Source of the DNA: Thermovirgaceae bacterium
Lineage (GTDB): Bacteria > Synergistota > Synergistia > Synergistales > Thermovirgaceae
DNA length: 64,000 nt
NCBI GenBank assembly: GCA_040767805.1
Contig: JAXGNU010000005.1
Location: forward strand, 52,701-116,700
Direction of reading: 5' to 3'
In this document: positions 29,880 through 37,713 of the stretch, piece by piece
Layout: every line of letters starts with the position of its first letter
How positions within the stretch are numbered: the stretch's first letter is position 1
Notes under the pieces: generated by a model
Databases searched by the model: none
What the model was told of the DNA's origin: nothing
The model's input: only the letters and a program-made list of their open reading frames with translations
Program-made: the position numbers and the translations under genes

Positions 29880-30742
29880 GGAAAGGCCTGGGGGCCCTCA
29901 TACCGGGGGCGCAGGCGGAGCCCCTGCCGCCGGAAGGTGCGACGGAGGTCCTCCGCTTGAACCTTGGGGAGATAAAACCCTCGCCGAACCAGCCCAGGAA
30001 GGACTTCGACATCGAGGGCCTGGAAGCCCTGGCAGCCTCCATCAGGGAGCACGGCGTCGTCCAGCCCGTGGTCGTCCGAAAGCTCGATGGCGGTTACGAG
30101 ATCGTGGCCGGTGAGAGAAGGTGGCGCGCCGCAGGTATGGCGGGCCTTGACGAGGTGCCCGTCCGGGTCATCGATGTGGACGAGAACAGGGTCATCGAGC
30201 TGTCCCTGGTGGAGAACCTCCAGAGGGAGGACCTCTCCCCCCTGGAGGCCGCCAAGGGTATAGGCGAGCTGGTGGATAAGTTCTCCCTCACCCAGGAACA
30301 GGCGGCCCGGAAACTGGGGTGGAGCAGGGCGGCCGTGGCCAACAAGCTGAGGCTTCTGAACCTCCCCGAGGAACTCCAGGCGATGCTCCACCGGGGGGAC
30401 TTGAGCGAGGGGCACGCCAGGGCGCTGCTTTCCCTGGAGGATCCCCTGGAACAGGTCCAGCTCGCCAGGCAGTGTGTGGACCGGGGCATGTCCGTCCGGG
30501 AGGTCGAAGAGGCCGTCCGCAAGCCCTCGGGCGGGGGGAAGTCCGGGAGGAGCCGGTCGTCCCAGTCGATCCTGGTCCCTGAGCCCCTTCTCAGGGTCTC
30601 GGAACGCTACGGCATTGATATCAGGGTCAGCGGGCGCGGGGACAACGTGAGGGTCATGCTGGGCGGGTTGAGCGAGGACGAAGCCCGCAGGCTCTTCGAA
30701 ATGATAGACCGGAGCGGGGAGATACTCTTCCCCGGCAAGTGA
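29858..30742 (+). CDS. parB: chromosome partitioning protein ParB/Spo0J
   Basis: LGKGLGALI, the GERRWRAA (CTP/arginine patch) motif and an HTH region. Overlaps parA by 22 nt. Confidence 0.93.
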   Translation: MARPRALGKGLGALIPGAQAEPLPPEGATEVLRLNLGEIKPSPNQPRKDFDIEGLEALAASIREHGVVQPVVVRKLDGGYEIVAGERRWRAAGMAGLDEVPVRVIDVDENRVIELSLVENLQREDLSPLEAAKGIGELVDKFSLTQEQAARKLGWSRAAVANKLRLLNLPEELQAMLHRGDLSEGHARALLSLEDPLEQVQLARQCVDRGMSVREVEEAVRKPSGGGKSGRSRSSQSILVPEPLLRVSERYGIDIRVSGRGDNVRVMLGGLSEDEARRLFEMIDRSGEILFPGK

Positions 30743-30972
30743 AGCCGAGGGTCGCGGCGATGTCGAGGCTCACCGGGGACCTAGCCGCCTTCTCCAGGGT
30801 GCTTTCCTCGGCGCTTCTCCTCTGTGGCTTCATTATCCTCGGCGTGGTGGGCGGAAGGGCCCTGGTCACGCGGGGGTACCCCGGGTGGACACAACCGGCG
30901 GCGATCGTGGGTGGAACAGCCCTCGGCGCCTGGCAGGCCTGGGGTTTTCTGAAGGCCGGGATGAAGAGGTGA
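30739..30972 (+). CDS. small two-TM membrane protein, translationally coupled to parB
   Basis: GTG 30739 overlaps the parB TGA (GTGA). 77 aa with two hydrophobic helices. Only a loose resemblance to AtpZ/AtpI-like small proteins. Confidence 0.45.
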   Translation: MKPRVAAMSRLTGDLAAFSRVLSSALLLCGFIILGVVGGRALVTRGYPGWTQPAAIVGGTALGAWQAWGFLKAGMKR

Positions 30973-30985
30973 CGGGAGCGGAAGC

Positions 30986-31013
30986 CGTGAATCGTAAATC
31001 GTGAATCGTGAAT
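30986..31013. repeat. four tandem heptamers CGTGAAT/CGTAAAT
   Basis: cgtgaat cgtaaat cgtgaat cgtgaat, read directly. Intergenic, 160 bp before parS-2. Confidence 0.9.
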
Positions 31014-31176
31014 CGGAAAGGCAAGGAGGCAGAAAACCCCGGAACTAAGACAAAACCTAAAGGCGGGAGACGAAAGGGCAGGGTCCGGGAAGCGAAAGAC
31101 CTTGAGCTGGGGTTTGCAGCCCTTGACCATTGAATCTCTCAGGCTTTTCATTTTAAGACCGGCGGCCCGCCGCGGG

Positions 31177-31192
31177 TGTTTCACGTGAAACA
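31177..31192. promoter_or_regulatory. parS centromere site (perfect 16-bp palindrome), copy 2
   Basis: TGTTTCACGTGAAACA, identical to 23415-23430. Lies 19 nt upstream of the HIT gene. Confidence 0.85.
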
Positions 31193-31210
31193 TACACGGT
31201 CACGGCCGTC

Positions 31211-31726
31211 ATGGAAGGGGGGGGCTCTTTGGACCAACTCTTCGCACCCTGGCGGATGGCCTATATCGACGGGGCCGACAAGCAGGAAGGGTGCATCTTC
31301 TGCGATTTTCCCAAGGCGAATGAAGACAGGAAGCGGCTCATCCTCGCCCGGGGGGAACTGGTTTTCGTGATACTCAACGCCTTCCCCTACAACCCCGGGC
31401 ACCTCATGGTGGCCCCCTTCAGGCACGAGGGGGACTACGAGAACCTCAAGGACGAAGAATGCCTGGAGATGCACCGCTTCGGGCAGAGGTGCGTCACCGT
31501 CCTCAAGGAAGCCATGAACCCCCAGGGCTTCAACCTGGGCATAAACATCGGCAGGACCGCCGGGGCGGGCTTCGCCGATCATGTCCATCTTCACATCGTC
31601 CCCAGGTGGAACGGGGACACCAACTTCATGCCCGTCATAGCCGGCACGAAGGTCCTGCCGGCCTCGCTGCAGGAGACCTGGGAGAGCCTGAAGAAGGTTT
31701 GGGAGGCCCATGACCGGCGGCGGTGA
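31211..31726 (+). CDS. HIT-family nucleotide hydrolase/transferase
   Basis: Histidine triad HVHLHIVPRW. GalT/Ap4A-phosphorylase-like N-terminus with C..C. Confidence 0.8.
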   Translation: MEGGGSLDQLFAPWRMAYIDGADKQEGCIFCDFPKANEDRKRLILARGELVFVILNAFPYNPGHLMVAPFRHEGDYENLKDEECLEMHRFGQRCVTVLKEAMNPQGFNLGINIGRTAGAGFADHVHLHIVPRWNGDTNFMPVIAGTKVLPASLQETWESLKKVWEAHDRRR

Positions 31727-32336
31727 ATTCTTCGAGCCGGCCACCTTCGCCGAGGTCGAAACTAGGCACAAGCGCTCCCTTTTCATTGGTAGGGTCTTTC
31801 GCGCGGGCACCGAAGAGGAAGCCCGGGAATACGTCAGAGAGATATCTCGGCGACATGCTGACGCTACGCATCACTGTTGGGCCTACAAAGTGGGCTTCCC
31901 CCAGGCGACGGAGTACTACTCCGATGCCGGCGAGCCTTCGGGGACGGCGGGCAGGCCCATCCTCGGGGCCATCCACCGGGCCGGCGTCGTCAACACGGTG
32001 GTGGTGGTCACCCGGTACTTCGGGGGGACGAAGCTGGGCGTGAGGGGCCTCATCGAGGCCTACGGCGAGTGCGCCGCGCTGGCCCTGGCGGCGGCCGGGC
32101 GAAGGGGGCGCGTCAGGTCCAGGGAGGCTTCCCTGGAGTGCCCCTATGAGCACGCCCGGTCGGTCCTGAAGCAGCTGGCGGACCTCGGCCTGCCAGAGAG
32201 CGCCGTGGAGACGGAGTGGGGTGCCGCGGTGACCCTCACAGCGGCGGTGCCCCTGTCCCTCGCCGACGATGCCGCTTCCCTCTTCGATAATTACGAAGAA
32301 AGAGGTTTAATTACCCGCTGGGAATGGAAAAAATAG
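31710..32336 (+). CDS. YigZ/IMPACT-family protein (UPF0029)
   Basis: ATHHCWAY......SDAGEPSGTAGRPIL and VVVVTRYFGGTKLG motifs. Confidence 0.8.
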   Translation: MTGGGEFFEPATFAEVETRHKRSLFIGRVFRAGTEEEAREYVREISRRHADATHHCWAYKVGFPQATEYYSDAGEPSGTAGRPILGAIHRAGVVNTVVVVTRYFGGTKLGVRGLIEAYGECAALALAAAGRRGRVRSREASLECPYEHARSVLKQLADLGLPESAVETEWGAAVTLTAAVPLSLADDAASLFDNYEERGLITRWEWKK

Positions 32337-32354
32337 GACTGGAGGGGATCATCA

Positions 32355-33860
32355 GTGCAGCACACCGATGACCGTTCATCGTTCAGTGAGAAGCTGGCCC
32401 ACCCCGTGAGCCGGAGCCTCCTCCGGGACGTCACCGAGGATGAACTCAGGGCCATGGCTTTCCACGAAGCCGTGCCCAACGACCAGGGAGCCTCCCTCTA
32501 CGTAACGAAAATCCGCTCCAGGAGCGCGGCCTTCACCGATATCGTCTACGAGGTCGACGAGCCCCTGGTGGCGCTGCTGGAACAGGTATGGGGTTACCTC
32601 CGGTGGCAGCAGATGATCCGCGTAACGGCCAGGATAGGCTCACCGGACCGCCGGCCGATGCTGGCGAACTTCTACGTGACCCGCAGGTATGCCAGGCTGG
32701 CCCAGATGTTCGCCATGAACTTCTCCACGGAACTGGACCGGGACTATGCCGACATAGTCACCGTGGCCGTCCCCGAGTGGCACCAGCGCAAGATCATCGT
32801 CCTCCCCAGGCAGAGGGTCACCTACATCCTGGGGAGCGACTACTACGGCGAGACCAAGATGGCCACCCTGAGGATGGTCATGCACCTGGGGCGCGAAACG
32901 ATGAACGCCCTCGGCCTTCACGCCGGCAGCAAGGTCATCAGGGTGAACACCCCCAGGGGGCTGGAGGAGAAGGGAGTGCTCATCTTCGGGCTTTCCGGCA
33001 CCGGCAAGACCACCATCACCACGGCCGATCACGGCCTGGAGGCGCCCGAGGGCGTGGAGGTGCTTCAGGACGATATAAACATCCTCCTCTCCAACGGCAG
33101 CGCCCTGGGTTCGGAGGCCAACTTCTACATAAAGACCGACAACGTGACGAAGCAGCCGGCTCTCCTGTGGGCCGCCCGGGACAGGAAGGCCCTCATAGAG
33201 AACTGCTGGGTGGACGATGACGACCATATCAACTTCGACGACCACGCCCTGACGACCAACGGCAGGGCCGTCGTCCCCCGGGAGGCGATACCCAACACGT
33301 CGGGCCGGATAGACCTGGACAAGGTCGACTGCCTGCTTTTCAACATGAGGAGGTACGACACCCCGCCCATCGGGCGCCTCGTCTCGCCGGAGCAGGCCGC
33401 GGCCTACTTCATGCTGGGGGAGTCGACCATCACCAGCGCGGACGACCCCTCCAGGGTGGGCCAGGCCAAGAGAGTGGTTGGCTTCGACCCCTTCGTCATC
33501 GACAACCCCCACATCAACGGCAACAGGCTGTTGAGGATCCTGAGGGACAACCCGGGCATCCGGTGCTACCTCCTCAACACCGGGAGGATTGGGGGCAAGG
33601 ACGGGGCCAACATCACCGTCGAGGCCACCACCACGGCCGTCAGAGAAGCCATGAGGGAGACCCTGGAGTGGCGCTACGACGATATCCTGGGTTACGAGGT
33701 ACCCTCGTCGCTGCCGGTGCCCCAGGGAGGGGACCTCGACCCCTACCGGTGGTACTCCCGGGAGGAATACGCCTCCATGATCGGCGACCTTCGCAGGGAA
33801 AGAAAGGAATACCTGCAACAGTTCAAGGGCCTGGCCCCGGAGATCGTCGACGGGGTCTGA
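32355..33860 (+). CDS. pckA: phosphoenolpyruvate carboxykinase (ATP), divergent
   Basis: Kinase-1a loop FGLSGTGKTT, YYGETKM (GEMKK-like) and TTNGRAV (ENTR-like). GTG start. Confidence 0.75.
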   Translation: MQHTDDRSSFSEKLAHPVSRSLLRDVTEDELRAMAFHEAVPNDQGASLYVTKIRSRSAAFTDIVYEVDEPLVALLEQVWGYLRWQQMIRVTARIGSPDRRPMLANFYVTRRYARLAQMFAMNFSTELDRDYADIVTVAVPEWHQRKIIVLPRQRVTYILGSDYYGETKMATLRMVMHLGRETMNALGLHAGSKVIRVNTPRGLEEKGVLIFGLSGTGKTTITTADHGLEAPEGVEVLQDDINILLSNGSALGSEANFYIKTDNVTKQPALLWAARDRKALIENCWVDDDDHINFDDHALTTNGRAVVPREAIPNTSGRIDLDKVDCLLFNMRRYDTPPIGRLVSPEQAAAYFMLGESTITSADDPSRVGQAKRVVGFDPFVIDNPHINGNRLLRILRDNPGIRCYLLNTGRIGGKDGANITVEATTTAVREAMRETLEWRYDDILGYEVPSSLPVPQGGDLDPYRWYSREEYASMIGDLRRERKEYLQQFKGLAPEIVDGV

Positions 33861-33884
33861 CGGGAGAACCGCCCTAAGGCCAAG

Positions 33885-34520
33885 CTAGAGCCCTTCCTGG
33901 ACGGCCCTCTCCCAGGCGCTCCCGAGGTGGCAGGCCTCGCCCAGGACGAGGACCTCCAGCCCCCGGGGCGTCTCCTCCAGGAGGGTGATGCTGCCGTTCC
34001 CGAGGCGGAACCTCCAGAAGCTGTCCAAGGGCGCGTCGAAGACCCGGCAGAGGAGGACCTTGAGGACCGCGTCGTGGGAGAAGAGGGCCAGGGTGTCCCC
34101 CGGGCCCGCCAGGATCTCCCTGAAGGCCCCCCATGCCCGGCGGGAGACCCCGTGGAGGTTCTCCCCCCCCGGCATGGTCACCTCCTCCGGCCTGGAGTGC
34201 CAGAGGGAGAGCATCCCCGGCCACAGGCTTTCCACTTCCCCGGCGGTGTGCCCCTCCCAGAGACCATGGTCTATTTCGATCAAGCCCGGGTGGGTCTCAA
34301 TACCTAACCCAAGGAGGGAGGCCGCGGCCTCCGCCGTCCCGGCGGCGCGGGAGAGGGGGCTCGACACCACCCTGTCCACGGAAGAACGCAGGAGCGCCCC
34401 CGCGGCGGAGCGGGCCTGCCCCCTGCCCAGGTCGTTCAGGGGGATGTCCCTCCTGCCCTGGAAGCGCCCTTCCCGGTTCCAGTCCGTCTCGCCGTGCCTT
34501 ACCAGGAAGATCCGCCTCAT
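33885..34520 (-). CDS. histidine-phosphatase (dPGM/CobC-like) family protein; candidate phosphoserine phosphatase
   Basis: RHGETDWN catalytic motif. The ATG abuts the serA stop codon. See finding. Confidence 0.8.
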   Translation of the reverse strand: MRRIFLVRHGETDWNREGRFQGRRDIPLNDLGRGQARSAAGALLRSSVDRVVSSPLSRAAGTAEAAASLLGLGIETHPGLIEIDHGLWEGHTAGEVESLWPGMLSLWHSRPEEVTMPGGENLHGVSRRAWGAFREILAGPGDTLALFSHDAVLKVLLCRVFDAPLDSFWRFRLGNGSITLLEETPRGLEVLVLGEACHLGSAWERAVQEGL

Positions 34521-36167
34521 CTAGAGGTCCTCCGTAAAGCGGACCTTCACCGCCCAGAGCAGGTCCACATCCTTTTTCAGTTCCTCCAGGACGGGCATGG
34601 GGACGTCGTCGTCGATCTGCAGGGCCCCCACGGCCAACCCGCTCCCGTTCCTGCGCCCCAGGGCGAAGTTGGCGATGTTCGTCCCGGCTCTCCCCAGGAG
34701 GGTCCCCACCTTCCCGATCACGCCGGGGCGGTCGTGGTTGCTGAAGAGGAGTACCGTCCCCTCGGGGATGAACTCTATCCAGTAGCCCCCTATGTTGACC
34801 ACCCTCTGGCGTCCCTCTTCGGTTATCGTCCCCGACACGGTGATGCCCTCCCGGGAACCGGGCGACAGGAGCTCCAGTTCGACCTGGTTGCGCCAGGTCC
34901 CGGGGCCGGTACGGCTCTCCTCGATCCTGATGCCCTTGTCCTCCGCCAGCATCGGCGCCGACATGTAGTTCACCTCGGGACCGTGGGAGTATTCCAGGTA
35001 GCCCTTGAGCCCAGCCACAGTGAAGGGGGAGAAATGATAGGGTATTTCGAAGCACACCGGCTCGTCGGCGGGCGAGAAGAGGGGGCCCCGCAGGCTGACC
35101 TTCAGCCGCGTAGCCGGCTCCCGCGAGAGGTGCGCCGCCAGGTAACCGAGTTTGCGGGCCAGCGAAAGGAAGGCCCTGGTGCCCTCGGGGAGGGACTGCT
35201 CCACGAAAGGTAAGTTCACGGCGTTCTCGCAGGGTTTCCCCTTGAGGGCGGCCAGGAGGTTCGAGCAGGCTATGACGGCCACCGCCGACTGGGCCTCCTC
35301 GGTGTTGGCCCCGATGTGGGGCGTCAAGACCACCTTCTCACGGATATCATCGGCAAGCAGGGGGTTGTCGGGCCGCGGGGGTTCGCCGTCGTAGACGTCG
35401 ATGGCGGCCCCGGCCAGGTGCCCTGAGCGCAGGGCCTCCGCGCAGGCAGCCTCGTCCACGAGCCCGCCCCTGGCGCAGTTGACCAGGTAGGCTCCCGGCC
35501 TGCAGGCTTTTATTGCCTCCCCGTCGATGATACCCCGCGTCTCGGACGTCAGGGGGACGTGCAGGGTGACCACGTCGGCCAGGGACAGGGCGCCCTTGAG
35601 GTCTTCCATCAGGCGGACGCCGGCCCTGTCGGCCTTGGCCTGGGAGACGTAGGGGTCGTAGGCGGAAACCTCCATGCCGAAAGCCCTGCACCGGGCCGCC
35701 ACCTGGGTCCCTATCCTGCCCAGCCCGACGATGAGGAGCCTTTTGCCCGAGAGCTGCCTGCCCAGGAAGCGGCTCCTCTTCCACTCCCCGGAGGTCAGCG
35801 ATTGAAAGGCCTGGGGTACCTTCCTTACCATGGAGAGCATCACGGCCATGGTGTGTTCCGTCGCCGCCAAGGTGTTCCCCGTGGGCGCGTTTATGACCAC
35901 GACGCCCCTGCGGCTAGCTTCGGCCAGGTCGATGTTGTCCAGCCCTACGCCGGCCCTCGCCGCAGCCCGCAGCCTTTTCGCGGCGTCCAGGATCTCGGGG
36001 TCGAGGGGGGTCCCGCTCCGGGTGATCATCCCGTCCACGTCCCCCACCTCCGCGAGGAGTTCCTCCCGGGAGAGGCCCGTTTTGACGAGCAACTGCACCT
36101 CCGGGTCCTGCCGAAGTACATCCAGCCCAGCCTCGGAGATATTTTCCGTTACCAGTACCTTCAGCAT
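34521..36167 (-). CDS. serA: D-3-phosphoglycerate dehydrogenase (long form with ACT domain)
   Basis: MLKVLVTENISEAGL.., NAD motif GLGRIG, R..H catalytic pattern, C-terminal ACT-like domain. Start ATG 36167. The 753-aa track ORF adds a 205-aa R/G/P-rich extension that lies over the aminotransferase gene in another frame. Confidence 0.9.
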   Translation of the reverse strand: MLKVLVTENISEAGLDVLRQDPEVQLLVKTGLSREELLAEVGDVDGMITRSGTPLDPEILDAAKRLRAAARAGVGLDNIDLAEASRRGVVVINAPTGNTLAATEHTMAVMLSMVRKVPQAFQSLTSGEWKRSRFLGRQLSGKRLLIVGLGRIGTQVAARCRAFGMEVSAYDPYVSQAKADRAGVRLMEDLKGALSLADVVTLHVPLTSETRGIIDGEAIKACRPGAYLVNCARGGLVDEAACAEALRSGHLAGAAIDVYDGEPPRPDNPLLADDIREKVVLTPHIGANTEEAQSAVAVIACSNLLAALKGKPCENAVNLPFVEQSLPEGTRAFLSLARKLGYLAAHLSREPATRLKVSLRGPLFSPADEPVCFEIPYHFSPFTVAGLKGYLEYSHGPEVNYMSAPMLAEDKGIRIEESRTGPGTWRNQVELELLSPGSREGITVSGTITEEGRQRVVNIGGYWIEFIPEGTVLLFSNHDRPGVIGKVGTLLGRAGTNIANFALGRRNGSGLAVGALQIDDDVPMPVLEELKKDVDLLWAVKVRFTEDL

Positions 36168-37312
36168 GACCGATCCCCTTCCCTTTCCCACGTCTTGAAG
36201 GCTTTGTCCAGAAAACCGCCCCCCGCGTCGATGCCGCATTCCCTGGCTGCGCCGAAGACTCCGCCGGCCAGGAGGCATACCTCCGGCCACCCACCGGGGT
36301 TGTAGTGGGCGATCCGCAGGGTGCCGCCGCCCCTTCCCTGCCCCTCGGCGACGGTGATGCCCATATCTTCGAGGGCCTTCTTCATGGGCCGCTCTTTCCC
36401 TGAGGGCACCTCGAGGGCGGTCATGACGGGCGATCGGTACTCCCTTTCCCTCACGAAAAGTTCGAAACCCATCGCCTCGCAGGCGGCCTCGAAGGAGCGA
36501 GCCTTCCTGCGCGTCCTGTCGGCCCAGGCGTCCCATCCGAAGCCCTCGAGAAGGCGGAGCGACTCGGCCAGTCCGTAAAAGACGCTCACGGGAGGAGTGA
36601 AGGGGTTCTGGGGCCTCCCCTTTTTCAGGAATCTCCTGTGGAGGGTCAGGTCGAAGAAGTATGAGGGGCAGGCCCCCTTGGCGGCCCTTTCCCAACCCCG
36701 TTCCGAGAGGTGGACCAGGGCAAGGCCGGGGGGAGCGAGAAGCCCCTTCTGGGAGCAGGAGGCGAGGCCGTCGATCCCCCACTTCGAGGGGCGGCAGGTC
36801 ATGGCTCCGAGGGAGCTCACGGCGTCGACCAGCACAAGCGGTCCGTCGGCGGGGACCTCCGCCAGGAGTTCTTCCAGGGGGTTGACCACGCCCGTGGAAG
36901 TCTCGTGGTGGGTGAAAAGTAGTGCATCAGCCCCGGGATATCTTTCCAGGGCTTCCCTGACGTGCCCTCTCGTGAATCCCTCGCCCCGGGGTGCGTCAAG
37001 GGCGTGGATCTTGGCGCCTCTCCTCGATGCGATCTCCCGGAAACGGTCCCCGAAGGTCCCGCAGGAGAAGGAGATCACCTCGTCGTCGGGCGACAACAGG
37101 TTGGCCGTCAGGGTTTCCAGGGCCCCTGTGCCGGAACCCGGAAGGATGACCACGGGTTCCTCGACGTCCAGGAGTCTTTCAAGGCGGCCCGTTACTTCCT
37201 CCAGCAGGTCGGACCATTCCTCGCTCCGATGGCTGATCATGGGCCCGGCCGCCGCCCTCCTGACGGAAAAGGGCACGTCCACCGGCCCGGGAGTGTACAG
37301 GTATCGCGTCAT
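36161..37312 (-). CDS. class V aminotransferase (serine-pyruvate/phosphoserine aminotransferase type)
   Basis: 383 aa, YTPGPV N-terminus, class V fold. Overlaps serA by 7 nt. Confidence 0.8.
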   Translation of the reverse strand: MTRYLYTPGPVDVPFSVRRAAAGPMISHRSEEWSDLLEEVTGRLERLLDVEEPVVILPGSGTGALETLTANLLSPDDEVISFSCGTFGDRFREIASRRGAKIHALDAPRGEGFTRGHVREALERYPGADALLFTHHETSTGVVNPLEELLAEVPADGPLVLVDAVSSLGAMTCRPSKWGIDGLASCSQKGLLAPPGLALVHLSERGWERAAKGACPSYFFDLTLHRRFLKKGRPQNPFTPPVSVFYGLAESLRLLEGFGWDAWADRTRRKARSFEAACEAMGFELFVREREYRSPVMTALEVPSGKERPMKKALEDMGITVAEGQGRGGGTLRIAHYNPGGWPEVCLLAGGVFGAARECGIDAGGGFLDKAFKTWEREGDRSC

Positions 37313-37330
37313 GGGATCCCCTCCTCGTAG

Positions 37331-37363
37331 ATAAAAAAGGCCGGGAGAACACTTCTCCCGGCC
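37331..37363 (-). terminator. intrinsic terminator inside the 5' leader of the serine operon (attenuator candidate)
   Basis: Minus strand reads GGCCGGGAGAA-GUG-UUCUCCCGGCC UUUUUUAU. It ends 18 nt before the GAGGAGGGG SD and the ATG at 37312. Confidence 0.7.
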
Positions 37364-37713
37364 TGTATCTCCCTGAAACGCTGTGTTTTTTCCCCAGTTG
37401 TCCTGGGTCTACCGCGGTCCTCCCCCTGCCGGCAAAGAGAGGCCTGCCCTTCCGGGCCAACCGGAAGAGGAGCTGGAAGAAGAGCTACCGGCCTTGCCGA
37501 CAAAAAGGTAAACCTCGATCAAGAGAAAACACTTCCCCGTGAAAACATTGTCCGATTTATACCACGAGAGCGTTCAAAGGTAAATAGCCGCCCCGGGCCC
37601 CGGGCGGCGCCTCTTGTTTGACGTATGCGTCTGCAGCCTCTACGATGATGCCTCAAATAGACCCTCCAAGGGGCTCGATCTTTAACGGGAAAACGCGAAG
37701 GGAGATGTAGAAA

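Noticed and set aside
36168-36782. 205-codon N-terminal extension of the serA ORF (753-aa track entry).
   Set aside because: The extension is R/G/P-rich and lies over the aminotransferase gene in another frame. serA homology begins exactly at MLKVLVTEN (ATG 36167).
37400-37440. T-box riboswitch in the serine-operon leader (GGGAGGACCGCGG).
   Set aside because: It has no UGGN bulge sequence, the motif does not overlap the 5' arm of the terminator, and I could not identify a Stem I or specifier structure. It is kept only as an unclassified leader.
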